Shown: positions 12,736 through 25,447 of the stretch, in pieces
How positions within the stretch are numbered: the stretch's first letter is position 1
Layout: the number at the start of each line of letters is the position of its first letter
NCBI RefSeq assembly: GCF_001194135.2
Contig: NC_068984.1
Location: 67,443,783 to 67,488,470 of the forward strand
Length of the DNA: 44,688 nt
Reading direction: 5' to 3'
Source: Octopus bimaculoides
Lineage: Eukaryota
Translations under genes and position numbers: made by a program
The notes under the pieces: model-generated
What the model saw: the letters and a program-made list of their open reading frames with translations, nothing else
What the model was told of the DNA's origin: nothing
Database searches by the model: none

Positions 12736-13650
12736 ACTTAACATAATACAGTTGTGGCTACTTTAGACAGCAATACATAACGCATTATATCAACTATGCT
12801 ATGTCGAAGTGGAAAATAACTACAACGCAGCACAGCAAAGAGATAATAAAAACCAGCATTACGCCCATAAGAAGAAAAATCGTTGAACAATCTCCTTATC
12901 TCCTTTACAATTTTGCCTAGCTTTTACTCCATTAATACATTAACTGAGAGGCGCCAACAATGGTTATAAAAGTTAATTTTGCAAGGATATTAAATTGGGT
13001 AGAGGGTTATGCCAACGTGCCAAATCTGTTATAAGAAAAAAATGAATTTAACTTAAAGCATTAAATGAGATTAGACTCTGCAATTTGCGAATTAGAACAG
13101 AGCCATCCATACATAAACTTGGTAATCAATAAAGCTGATAAGGTATATTACTCAGAAATGAAGAAAAATATAAGAAATTATAAACAAATATCGGGCCAGT
13201 ATTAGGAAACTAAACTCTACGTCGGAAATAAAATAACATGTATAGATATAACATCCGTTTGAGTCATAAAATTGTAGAGCACAATAAATTCGAATTGAAC
13301 AAAATTGAAGAGCTTAGATAGGTAAAAACTCGAAAAGTAATCATTTCATTTTCAACTCATTATCTTAAAATCAATACAAATCGTAAACGCGTTCCCTATG
13401 TACAGGCGACATCAAAAATTTAGAAATAGAGAACTATTAGAAAGTGATACAATGGACAAAATGTTATTAGCATCACGCAAAACAATACCCCAAGTGGTAT
13501 AATAAAGGATCATGAATATAACAAGCAATAGTTCCCCTTTACACAAGGAAATAATAATGGACACACTATAATGTAATAGCAACCAAGAATAATGATTATA
13601 TTCAGACAATTCAACGAAAGAGTTTTAAAAAAGATCAAATGCATAAGTTA
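12736..13650 (+). mobile_element. Older, heavily decayed R4/Dong-like RT fragment
   Basis: Motifs across frames: SLSPLQFCLAFTPL (12893), FCKDIKLGRGLCQRAK (12977), ETKLYVGNKI (13206), LDR..KTRKV (about 13315). They match the R4-clade RT consensus as I recall it (GDSLSPLLFCLAL, FSxDIxMxFGLxKCA, KL...NK, LDRKTRK). The YxDD segment appears deleted. 3' boundary uncertain. Confidence 0.65.
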
Positions 13651-13722
13651 TGTTAATAAACATGATTTGCAATGATAAGACTTTTAGCAATTTTGGAAGA
13701 ACAGCAAATGTCACACTCCGGC

Positions 13723-13823
13723 TGTGTCCACCTTGCCCGCTTCTGTTGTAGACTCTGAAAAATGACAGACCTCTGTTGTGTCATTTTTCAGAGCCTACAA
13801 CAGAAGCGGGCAAGGTGGACACA
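13723..13823. repeat. Near-perfect hairpin: 45-bp inverted arms, 11-nt loop
   Basis: Arm 13723-13767 and arm 13779-13823 are reverse complements with one mismatch (agac/aggc). Confidence 0.97.
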
Positions 13824-14867
13824 TCTATTTGAATGTTCGAATGTGGTCATAGGTAATCATTGACCACTTTACCACTAAGAAACTGATTGGTTAAATGCCA
13901 ATGATCACAGGTAGGACACCTTGGAGCTGAACTGGGGCTATACACAACGGTTGTACATTTTCTTTTTATATCAGAGTGAATACTTGTTGTCCATGTAAAC
14001 CACGCAGCTTTCCATACGAGTCATCTCTGCCAACTTGTCAAAGTAAGGATCTCAGACAGTGGCTTTGAACATACAGTCAAATAATGCTCCGACAGGATAT
14101 GCCCCGTAATATGCGAAAGAAAATCTCAATGTTATAACACATCGTATTCATCACACTTACTTAACCATCATCTCGAACACTGAGATCACTCAGAGCATAT
14201 GCAATAGAATTACCTTAAAGAGACATTCGTGTATTGAAGAGAATTCTTGCGGATTTTGTTCAGATTCTATCCTCTGAGATCAAAGCCCGTAGAGATCTAC
14301 ATTACATTTCATTTTTGGGGATTGCCGAAAAGATACCTCGTGGCATCTGTGCCGGCTCTTTGCGTTCTGAGTTGAACTCACATCATAACCTATTCGGGTG
14401 GTAGACTTAATCTTTCGGTCAGGTTAACATCGCCAGCTGGTCGCTTAGGTGCATTTAATGGATCCCACTCTGTTGCAAGCATTCAAGTCAAGTTTTTAAT
14501 TTGAAGGAATATCCTCCCTCCCACTTAATAATCTCAGAAACCCTATGACAAATCATGAGCACTGCTTTCGCTTCTTTGTAAAAAGATATAACAACATACA
14601 AAACATTCTACAATCCTTCACTTGATATGAAGGCGCGTGTTGTGTTGAGTAAAAACCTTCGTTTGACGTTGCTTTATTGCTCTGTGGGGATCAGAATGTC
14701 AAAAAATAGATTCAACGATTTCTCTGTGCATCGTAAAAGGCGACTAAAAGAAGTTGAAGTAGGATTTACACTGCGACCTCGTGAAAACCTTATCAGCAAC
14801 GACTACCCAAATAGGCCCATGAATTGGAAGGTTGTCGACATAGTGATGGAAAGATGTCATTGCCCCA

Positions 14868-14920
14868 TTCTACTACTACTACTACTACTACTACTACTAA
14901 TAATAATAATAATAATAATA
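14868..14920. repeat. (CTA)n(AAT)n microsatellite
   Basis: Directly visible. Confidence 0.95.
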
Positions 14921-14999
14921 ACGCACTTGATACTGTGACAAAATCGCATTTCAATGTAACAGAAACATTACCCAATAAAATAACTTAATTCAAAGCTAA

Positions 15000-15200
15000 G
15001 GAAGGAAAATATTTGGTCCCTCGACCGGTAATAAATAGCAGCCACATCCCTACCTCTCTCTATCTCTCTCTCTCTCTCATCACTCTTCGTAAGGTTGAAT
15101 AGGAAAAAAAACATTAGATGCATATCCTTAGACTGGCCCCCACTAAAAAGATGAAATAACCACGCCTGGAATGATTTTACTCATAAGTCTACTTAATTAA
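15000..15200. mobile_element. Degraded interspersed repeat (family E)
   Basis: aatagcagccaca ... ccacgcctggaatg, similar to 9330-9500. Confidence 0.45.
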
Positions 15201-15299
15201 ATTTGACTTAGTATAAACATCGATAATGTAACAATCTACAGTACATATTCTAGAGAACAGGTCATCTAAATGAAATGTTTTCTGGAAGAAAAGAAGAAA

Positions 15300-15720
15300 G
15301 CGTCATAAGTGTTTACAAATCACCCACTATTAAACAACATGCCCAAAATTAGTGCAAAGACAATGATGAATCAAGGTTTTCTCGAGGCATAGGTTGTAGG
15401 GTACTAGGCCTGTTGGAAGGCACCTAATGTAACCACATATGATTCTCTGCTTCAAAGACCAGAAAAATACTTCCGTATGATCTGTCCAGGTTTGTGGCGT
15501 TCACATCTTTGCTACACATCACAAATATAACACACCACCTCTAAGCCATCTTTTAACTTTGAGCTGCCAGAAATAAAGCCTTATCTTCTGGTTCACGGCA
15601 TGTGGAAAGGTGGAATGCCGTTGTTGATGTTACAGGTTGTGCAATTTTTTGTCTCCTATATTAATGTTTCCTGAACTATTGTTTTTACATCTATATCAGA
15701 ACCAGTAATTCTAGAAAAAC
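15300..15720 (-). mobile_element. Possible Penelope-like element GIY-YIG remnant
   Basis: Minus-strand translation ...GVLYL*CV...HTEVFFWSLKQRII...PYNLCLEKTLI resembles the PLE endonuclease C-terminus (IWxLK ... CNLCLxEK) and the copy at about 30500; many stops. Confidence 0.4.
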
Positions 15721-15777
15721 ATGTGTCCACCTTACCGGCCTCTGTTCTAGTCACTGAAAACAAAAACTGGCAGACAG

Positions 15778-15946
15778 GCGCAGGTTGTGCTTTATAACCA
15801 CATGGTTCCAAGTTCAGTCCTACTGCGTTGCACCTTGGGCAAGTGTCTTCTACTATAGCTTCAGGCATTGTGAATGAATTCGGTAGATAGAAACTGAAAG
15901 AAACCCATCGCATACACACATGCATACATATATATATTGTATAAAT

Positions 15947-16009
<63 letters not shown>

Positions 16010-16233
16010 CATACACGCACATATATACATACAGTATGTACGTGTGTGTTTATTTCTCCTCCGCTCACTGCTTGACAACCGGTATTGGTGCGTTTGCATA
16101 CCCGTGACCTTGTGGGTCGTCAAAATGGATAAAAGAATAAAAGCAAGGGCTAGGATCAAAATGTTCTTCAAGGTGGTGCTTCATCATGGTCGCACTCTAA
16201 TGACTGAAACAAGTAAAAGGTAGAAGATAAAAA
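15778..16233 (+). mobile_element. SINE family B with expanded internal (CA)n/(TA)n tract
   Basis: ggcgcagg...ccacatggttccaagttcagtcc..ctgcgttgcaccttgggcaagtgtcttctactatag...gaaactgaaagaaaccc, microsatellite 15912-16045, then gcttgacaaccgg...tgactgaaacaagtaaaag. Confidence 0.85.
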
Positions 16234-16400
16234 GACGAGAGCATCCACGTTCTTGCTCGTCCGGTTAGAAACAGCTAGCAAATCTTCTTCAAATTATACT
16301 CAGTTTTATTGAAGAGGGCACATACACATTGAGTAATGTTGCCTTAGATACTTATTGGTAGCTAAAAATAGATCGACTGATATGCCATTGATCATTGGTA
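16230..16400. mobile_element. Degraded interspersed repeat (family E)
   Basis: ggttagaaacagctagcaaatcttcttcaaattatac...cattgagtaatgttgccttagatac, loosely similar to 9330-9500. Confidence 0.4.
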
Positions 16401-16943
16401 TGATACCTCACAGCTGAATTGGATTCTGTTTTCCGTTAAATGACAATTTGGAGTGATTCCTTTAAGCGTTCCAGCCCAAAAGCTGTGGCAGTACTGGAGC
16501 ACAATCATTTACATGTCGCTTCTATTAAAGGTTAGAGTGCAGCTCAACATTGATAGCAACAAATAAGTTATTACTCACAGAAAATGATGACAATCTAAAT
16601 AAAAGCTAGGAGTTATTCCTCGTGTTTCCAAAACAAAATAGAAAACATATAAATAGGAAGGAAAATCCTTTTTAAAATTCTACATGTATTTTTACATATT
16701 TTCTAGCCCAACCTAAACAAGGGATATTTTATCTGTAAACGGTATCTAAAAACACACACACAAAATAGAGAAACAGATATCCGGAAACAGGGATAACCAC
16801 TATGGGATGTGGAAAGAAAACCGATCCCTATAATGATCGATTTGGAAAATATTGTAATAATGCAAAAGCTACAAAACGAAAACTTTGATGTAATACAGGG
16901 AAAGGTACCGAATAATGATAGAAAAATTATGGTTTTAAATGTT

Positions 16944-17432
16944 GGCACAAAGCCAGAAGTTTTGGAGAAGAGTTAAGTGGGTTACCTCCATCCAGTACCC
17001 CAGTGGTATTTATTTTATCGACCTGAGGGAATGAAAGGTAAAGTTGATCAGGCCGTGATCTAAACTCACATTGTAAAGAGACGGAACAAATACTGCTAAA
17101 TATTTTGTTTGGCGTTATAACGATCTCTAATGACTCCGATCGAGCTCGGTGGGGCTTGAACTAAGATGTGTTGGAAAAAACTGCCACGAAACATTTTTGG
17201 TGGATGCTCTCACGATTTTAATATCTTTTAAAAATTTTGGCAGAATGCTAGGAAGTTTCGAAAAGGAGTAAGTCGACCCATCGACTCCAGTGCAGAAAAT
17301 CGTACTCATTTTTGTCGTCCTCGAAAAGCAAAGATGACTCTGGTGGAATTTGAACTCGGAACGTAAGTACGGAGAAAATGCCACTAAGCATTTTCCTCGA
17401 GGTGATAACGATTCTTCTAGCTTGTCACCTTT
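16944..17432 (-). mobile_element. Cluster of 2-3 degraded family A SINEs in tandem
   Basis: Repeated tatcgacc...gaaaggtaaagttga, gtcgacccatcgactccagtg and ggaatttgaactcggaacgtaa motifs. Confidence 0.7.
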
Positions 17433-17924
17433 CTCGTGATTTTAATAATAATCATATTTGCCTCATTCTTTCGGGATATGTTATAACAGACAGAAGACGT
17501 ACTGTTGGTAATTGATTTGGACAAGGTCACAAACGTATAAAACTATACACAATATGATCCGAAAGGTTTAGAATATAGTGTGTTGAACAATGTAATTTTT
17601 ATGTACAATTTGTAGGTGTATTTATTCAATAAATTAATGTTGGCAATAAAATTAAACTATACTGGAAATCGAAATGTAATCAAATTTGCCGAGAAAAAGA
17701 AATCAATTAATTTGAAAGTGTCAGTATGTATTACAATAATGTTGACGAGTAAAGATTTTACTGTTTCTTAACTGATAGTTGAACAAAGGGAAATTAAAAT
17801 CAAAAGTATGATCAAACGAATTTCCATTACAAATTTGGGTGTTATTTTTAATTACTGCATTCGTCTACATATGAAATCAACTAAATGGAAATTATTGGAA
17901 GATCAAAGCCTAGAGATATTCATA

Positions 17925-17938
17925 TATGTTTTTGTGTG

Positions 17939-17982
<44 letters not shown>

Positions 17983-18025
17983 CATATACGTTTCTGTGTA
18001 TGTGTGTATGTGCATATAAATATAT

Positions 18026-18116
<91 letters not shown>

Positions 18117-18260
18117 AACACGTATACATACATATTCACATGTATATTATATAAATTTTTGCCTATATATATATGCATATGTATATGTTTGTGTGTGTGT
18201 GTATGCGTGTGTTTGCATGTGTGTGTGTGTGTGCTATACAGATACTAACACGCACGCACA
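17925..18260. repeat. Long compound (TA)n/(TG)n microsatellite
   Basis: Directly visible. Confidence 0.95.
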
Positions 18261-18609
18261 CAACAAGTTAAAAATTGTTCAAAAGGCAGCATATTACAAA
18301 TTGAAATTAAAGGCGTGAAAGTAGAAGTAAGGACGTCAGAACAACGTTTTACACTTTATTTATTTATTTATTTTTTTTCTTTCGGGAAAAATTTTAAGAT
18401 CATGTTGAGCTGATATCCATTGCTCAGATACATAGGAGGGTTTGAGATATGCGGAGAGTGTATTTACAAAAGTAACGGAACGATCTTCCTCCGATATGGG
18501 AGTGCTAATTTCTCACGGATGGGTATTAATTTCCAATTATTGAAATGAAAGATTAACTGTAAACCGATATCACTTTCTTTCCTCACTACTTTACGTCTTT
18601 ATTTAAATC

Positions 18610-18782
18610 TTTATCTATCTATCTATCTACCTACCTGTCTGTCTGTCTGTATATCTATCTATGTGTGTGTGTGTGTGTTTGTTTGTGTACATGTGTATGT
18701 GTTTATATAGATATATGTGTGTGTGTGAGTGCGTGCGTGTGTGTATGTATGGGTATAAGAGTATGTGCCTGCGCGAGCGCGC
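18610..18782. repeat. (TATC)n/(TGTC)n/(TG)n microsatellite
   Basis: Directly visible. Confidence 0.9.
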
Positions 18783-21616
18783 TTTTGTACTTGCATTTGT
18801 TCGTCACTGTTTGAGAAGATGTGTTTTGTTTATTGTTCCATAAATTAATGCTTGGGCAAAAAGAGTCCGAAGGACACAAAGCCAAGTGTGTGGAACCATG
18901 TGAACTATAAACTGATATGAAAATAAGTAAGGAAACTTAAGTATCTTATAATGAGATTGCTAATCTGGAATGAAATGGAAAATAAAGATAGTGCTATTGT
19001 ATCTATCAAATCTGGAAAAAAGAATATGAACACGAAGATAAAATATATTATTGTTATAAAAAATCGGTTTGTGTTGTGGGTGTACTAACAGGGAAAATGA
19101 GTGTTAGTTACTGGGAAGTAGTAAGTGGTAACAAGAGATTGCGTATTAACTCTCGATAAGAGTATTTAATACACTTTAAGATGGGGGTCTGCTAAAATGT
19201 TTGTTTAAGGAGGTACGTACGGAAGGGACTACGTATAATATGATGTTTCCGAGTAGATAATTTACAGTTTTATAATTATGTTTGAGTATGAAACTCTCCT
19301 GAGATATACATAAGTATAACCTTTAGTCCAATGCCATTATGCATTGCAATTTTCAGGGTTTATCTATCTAATATTGTCTGAGCATGTTCCATGTGTATGT
19401 GGATGTTTTGTTTAATTGTGTTATCTAAATTTCTTATAGAGTTAGTATAATTGAATTATCACAATTTAGATTTATTACTCCTTATTTCAAGTTATAGATG
19501 ACACAATCATCTAAAGGAAAATATCATAGGATAATATAGATCGGCGGAAGAAAACATTCTTTAAGAGCTTGAAAACTGCAAACAAAACAAGGTGAGTTGG
19601 TTTGTTTTCGATTCTGGGGAGAACGACGCCTGTGGATTAAACATAGCATCATTTTGTAACATGAAGCTAAAAGCATATTTATGAAATTATTAAACAAATT
19701 GCTTTGTTATTACTTCAGTTCATTAAAATGTCTCGCCGACAAATTTTCCGATATGAGTATGAAAATATATAGGCATTTGTACATCACATTTTTTTGTAAT
19801 TAGTTGTAAGTTGCGATCTATATTTCTGATAAAGCAGACGATATAAGTATTTCTGGCAAGCTTAACAATAAGAAACTAAATGAATTTTCCTTCAGTTATT
19901 TTTCAAGACAGAGACCTGTGGTTTAATTACATGGTCTATCTACAAACTTTTTATTTTAATTATTATACAAAGAAGCATTGGTCAAGTTAGCAAAAATATT
20001 TTTCATACTTGTTCTCTCCTCAAACCTGCATTGTCTCAAAAAGGAAAAGTGAATGATACGTTGTTGACACCAAAATTGTAAGTTTATCCAATTGGACCTA
20101 TCTTGAAGCAAAACAGCAACGAACCAGTTTGTATTGCTCTATCTGCTCTTGTGATTTCTAATTACAACTACGAGAAAACCTTTAGTTTCTACAGGAGTAT
20201 TTCTGATATAGAATTTATAGCAATGATTTGTATTAACTTTTTATATTATTTCCATTAGTTTTTCTACGAATTCACGTTATTCACAAGAGTTCTTTTTATT
20301 TCAAATGTTATAATTTGCATTAAGTATACTTCTTTCTAATGCTATTTTAAATATACACGTTCAAATTGTATACAAGACGCCGAGGATCGATTAGATTTCT
20401 TAAAAATAGTTAAGATTCAGTATTAACATCCACATCCATATTAGAATTAAGAAGAGTTCTAATAAAGAACAAATTTAAGTTGCATTACGCGAGAGGCAAC
20501 GCAAACAATTGTAGGTCCATAAATGTTGAATGTATGGTATATGTGGTAATATAAGTTAGCAGAGTCTAATTATTGTATGGAGAAATGAAGCCTTACTCAT
20601 CAATACAAGCATCTGATATTTCTGTCGAGTGATCACTTGAGAAAGACTTCCATCAAAGACTGAGTTTTTACTCACAGAAATCTAAATTTTCAAACACACA
20701 AGAATACACACGTGCAGACAAATACACACAATCACTTTATAAATATAATTTAACAACTAATTGAGAAACCCACAAAAAATCTTATACCAACATACTGACA
20801 TAAATACACACTCAAATACATTTACAACCATGCACATATACGGACAGACGTTGATATGGCGTCTTTATTAGGTACGTGAATAAATAAACCGATGCTGACA
20901 TTTTTAGAGGAAGATAGGTGACGAAAGAAAGAAATTAATTTTCCTGGATTACGAAAAGAAATGGAATGTGATTTCATTCGAAATAATTTGTAGAAAAATA
21001 TAAAACTATTAAAACTCCAACAAAACTAGACAAGATTATACGAGATTCACTTAATTTACGCATGATGATTTCTATGTATGCAAATCTAGATATAATTATA
21101 TATATATATATATATATATCAAATTATGTTATTAAGATCAATGTATGTAGGTATTGATAATATTTAAGAGTGCACGGAGACGTCAATGCTTAACAGTTAC
21201 ACTTGGTATAGAGGTGATGATATGAACCAAATTCATTTCATGAAAATCAATAAGGAAGCCAAAGCCCTTTCACACAGAATTTCATATTTCACTTAAAGCC
21301 TAATATATGAAAGATATTTCGTGTATTAGCTTCTTAGAAGTTTGTAGTGCAGGCTACCAAAATATTTATTTGAATTTAGATAGTTGCGTGCGTTTCCATT
21401 AAACATACACTTCCTGGAAGCTCCTTTCAATCTTGTCTTTTTCATAAAAACGTGGTGGGAATATATCATACTGATTTATACAAAATATATTCAAAGCTGC
21501 AGAAGGGAAACATACGTTCGGATGAATTCATTTAATATGACTATACCTTATTTTACGCATTAAAATACGTTATGAAAATCCGACAGTATATCATATAAGA
21601 CATATAAGCGATATTG

Positions 21617-22152
21617 CGAAGGTGAGTGAAAAAGCAATGCTATTTTGTTTAGGTCAGGTATAATTACCAATACAAGAACATATATCATACGTAAAAATGA
21701 AGCTGGTCCTCTGAGGATCACATCCCTACTTCTCAACATAGTCACCGTTTCTCACAATAGCAATGTTTCACCTTCGAATGAGAAAATTCTGTTGATTGCT
21801 GTTTGAGCCACTTCTTCACTACAGTTTTCACTTCCTTGTCACTGGAATAATATTTGCCTCTCAAACCCTCTTTCGTAGCACCCAAGAGATGATAGTCTGA
21901 AGGCGCTAAATCTGATGTGTGTGGAGGTAGTGAACACGTGGCTCAAATAACAGTCAACAGAAGTTTACGGGGCAGGGATACATGCTCTCATTCGAAGGCG
22001 GACCATTGCTATTGAGAGAAATGGTGACTATGTTGAGCAGTAGGGATGTGACCCACAGAGGACCAGTTTCATGTTGATGTATGATACATGTTCCTGTATT
22101 GGTAATTATACCTGTCCTAAACAAAATGGCATTATATTTTCACTCACCCTCT
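21617..22152. mobile_element. Mariner-derived non-autonomous palindromic element (long inverted arms both from the transposase 3' end)
   Basis: Arms of about 190 bp (21617-21812 and 21948-22152) are reverse complements. Minus-strand centre translates LPPHTSDLAPSDYHLLGATKEGLRGKYYSSDKEVKTVVKKWLKQQSTEF (mariner YSPDLAPSDY motif); the plus arm translates GIHALIRRRTIAIERNGDYVEQ* (mariner C-terminus). Termini cgaaggtgagt / actcaccctc; TA TSD eroded. Confidence 0.9.
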
Positions 22153-22591
22153 TTGCATTTAGTAACGTGTTAATGGAAGCTTGTAAGTTGACTGAATAAC
22201 GTAATTCCCAAGAAGAGCTGTGGTGGAAACAACATCATGATACAGTGCTTGGGTATTTGATAATTTGAAATTATTTTTTTTCATGTTGCAGGTGTGGAAT
22301 AGAAAGATTTAACAGTTTCTTGAAGTGTCAGGGAAATACTACTGGGGGAAATTGATCCCATAATACTACCGCTTACTGCACTACACGGTTCCGTGCAGAA
22401 AGGTATCCAATCTTATTTCTTAAAATGAATATGACATGTAATGTTCTTCTGTCAAATAAAAAAGAAATGAAATAATTCTGGTACATTCATAATACCTATA
22501 AGAAAAAGCTACTTTTTTTATATTAAGAAATACAGTACTAAACATGTAACTCGCAAAACAGGAGCTTACTCTCGTAATTGAAGCATATCTT

Positions 22592-22595
<4 letters not shown>

Positions 22596-22668
<73 letters not shown>

Positions 22669-22695
22669 GTGTATGCATGTATGTATGTATATATA
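22596..22695. repeat. (TA)n/(TGTA)n microsatellite
   Basis: Directly visible. Confidence 0.95.
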
Positions 22696-24849
22696 TTGCT
22701 GCAGCTGAATACGCACCAAAGGAGCATAATATAAAATATTTCGGTTTTAGTGAGTGATTGAAATTCTGTTGTTGAACACTTACGTTTGAGTTTATTGAAA
22801 ACCAATTCGGCAAACTCACTGGACTTTCTATTTGATACATTTTAATCTAAACTGATTAGCAGCAAGATTAACTATATGCAATACATGCATTGTCCCTCAT
22901 GAAAACAAATTATATTATCGTGTCGCCGCTTTGAGAATGATTTTACTATAATGTCAGATTTAAAATGGTATAATGATAAATATGACTTTCAATCTAAGCA
23001 AGGGGGAAATTACAAAGGCAGATACGCAGATATGAATGTTATGCCGAATGTTTTTTAACAAAATAAATACCAGAGAATGTAAAAAAGAACCACTTGGGAA
23101 ACAAAGCGTCATTCCCTGTCGCCAGACAAACTGTCGTTTCGATTACTAATATCCTCCACATTTGCGACACAAACTAAACTGCTGTTAAATTCATTTTAGT
23201 TCGATAATTTTTATCCAGTTCATTGAATCATGAATGATTCCATCTAGTCACATGCTATTCGATGCTAACATTCAATTTTATATTATCTTTTGTTTTTGTT
23301 ATTTAATTTTCATTTACGTGGTGATATGTTCTTCAAAGAATGTTGCTGCTTGTTCTATTCTAACTGTGCAACAATTACAAAATAGAATTGTATATATTTG
23401 AATTGATTCGATTCTGAGCTTTTCTAGAACGTAAAACCAGCGCCTCTGTCATACAAGAATTTGAAATAATCAATTATACCTTCTAAGTTGTGATTCAATA
23501 TAGATTATTTTACAAAATTTTTATTCATTATCTATATTCGAGATTTGAAAGTTAACCAAACTAGCGCTTATTATGCGAGAGTAATTACTCAGATTTAATC
23601 ATGGATGTCAGACAGTCAGGATTTTGAACATGTCTATGTACAGAGACCTTAATTTATGCTGTCTATAAAAGTAATAATAAATGAGCAAAATGACCGTATT
23701 AGAAAAAAATATCTGTTTCATAAAAACTGTATTACGTAAAATGCAAAACAATTTGTCTCTACTCGGGATACTAGATAAAACAGGAATGATTTCTTAAATT
23801 ATCAGATTTTTCTTAGACACTTAATTTTTGCTTTGTTCTGTTTACTCTGTGACGCAGATTGTATAATATGGACATGAAATCAAGGATATATGTAGAGATA
23901 ATATATTATTGATCAATCACTCAGTTTTAAAATTGAAATAAATATTTGCTTTCAGAAGAAATATAAACGTTACAAATGATAGCGGAAATATTTTAACTGT
24001 GAAATCACAGCTGATTAACTTCTTCTTATCTCTGATTTTTGTGTACGGATGAATGTACGGAAGAAGGTTACGCCTGATGGTATTATCCAATGTTTTGTAA
24101 ATATATTACACACATCAATGTTATAAAATCTTGTGTTCTTGACAGATACAGTACTTGATTATGAATCACTGTTTCTGTTGTCGCAAAACATTTGAGAAAC
24201 AGAAAAAATAATTTCAGCTCTTTTATAAGTTGATTTATCTTTATCAAGAAATTTTAGATTCGAAAACATTGTGATACCGGCAATACTTAAATATAGAATA
24301 TAAGAAAATTTATGTCCCTGTAAACTAAATTTAACGTATCAGTTATGCTTCAATGCATACGGAATGTAAGGACATATTTCATTTTCACGTCGAATATGCG
24401 TAAGATACAATTATTTTCGTTAAATGCAACTCTCTAGTTAAGAAGTTAGAATTACAATCGTACGGATCCAGTTTCGGTTAGAAAAGCGACATGGTTGGTA
24501 TATGTCTTCTGCTATGGTCGCGGTTAAACTAGAGACTTCTAAGTGAATGTGGAGAGTTGAAAACTATGGCGGTTGGACGGAGGGACATATCTTTTTTTTT
24601 TGTTTTAACAACATCACTTCGCCTCTGACGTCCTTTAGAAGACTTATTTGCTGGATATGTTTGCATCAGTTTCCATTAATCAAAGCCTCTACAAAATGGC
24701 GCGAGTTCTGCTTTTCTTCGTTGCAGAGCTATAAAACATTTCCCTCTTATAACAGAGATCCATGAAAAAAATTCCATAAAGATACGAAGTATGACGAGTA
24801 TAATGATGTAGACTATGCTTGAATTAAAGACACGTAGGCATCCAAACAT

Positions 24850-24892
24850 GTACACATATACGCACACAAATACACAGGCATATATACACACG

Positions 24893-24930
<38 letters not shown>
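24850..24930. repeat. (CA)n microsatellite
   Basis: Directly visible. Confidence 0.9.
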
Positions 24931-24931
<1 letters not shown>

Positions 24932-25406
24932 CCTGGAAATAATGGAAATGTACACATACCATAGCAGTAAAGCGCAAGCTTCATCTTATACCACATATAA
25001 TAGAATTCCTTCAGAAATTCGATAAACTTACACGCTATGTTTTTCTTTGATTTTGTTTATGATATACGCATGCAAAAATTATATACCTCATTAGTGTATG
25101 AGTGATTGTGTGTGTGTCGCTGTGTGTGCTAGAATGTAGGTTTTCTGTTAACTTGGTGTCTTACTGAAACTTTTAAAGAACAACATATTTATAATGTACA
25201 CCAGATTGTTAAACTATAGTGAAATGCTTTAATTTTTGTACATTTGTTGGAGAGTAACATGTTCAATTAATCAATATTTAGAATACAATAATGTGAAGTC
25301 ACAAATGTTTTTAGCTGTGAATAATTTATGCAACAGATGATTCTTTGAGTTATGATATAACGTAATTCTATGATGTTAACATACCCAGCCAAAGGAAAAG
25401 TAAGTT

Positions 25407-25447
<41 letters not shown>

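Noticed and set aside
13860-14110. Minus-strand peptide ...LTSWQR*LVWKAAW...PRCPTCDH, suggestive of an L1/Tx1 zinc-knuckle end
   Set aside because: Only a CxxC and weak context; the H/C of a CCHC knuckle are not properly spaced. Cannot be supported without BLASTX.
16802-16888. 28-aa ORF starting MGCGKK (myristoylation-like N-terminus)
   Set aside because: Very short, next to SINE tails, with no promoter or splice support; expected by chance.
19500-22410. Strong isolated splice signals (caag|gtgagt at 19591; ttttttcatgttgcag| at 22291)
   Set aside because: The segment after 22291 has stops in all three frames, and 19591 has no convincing acceptor. Non-coding exons cannot be excluded but are unsupported.
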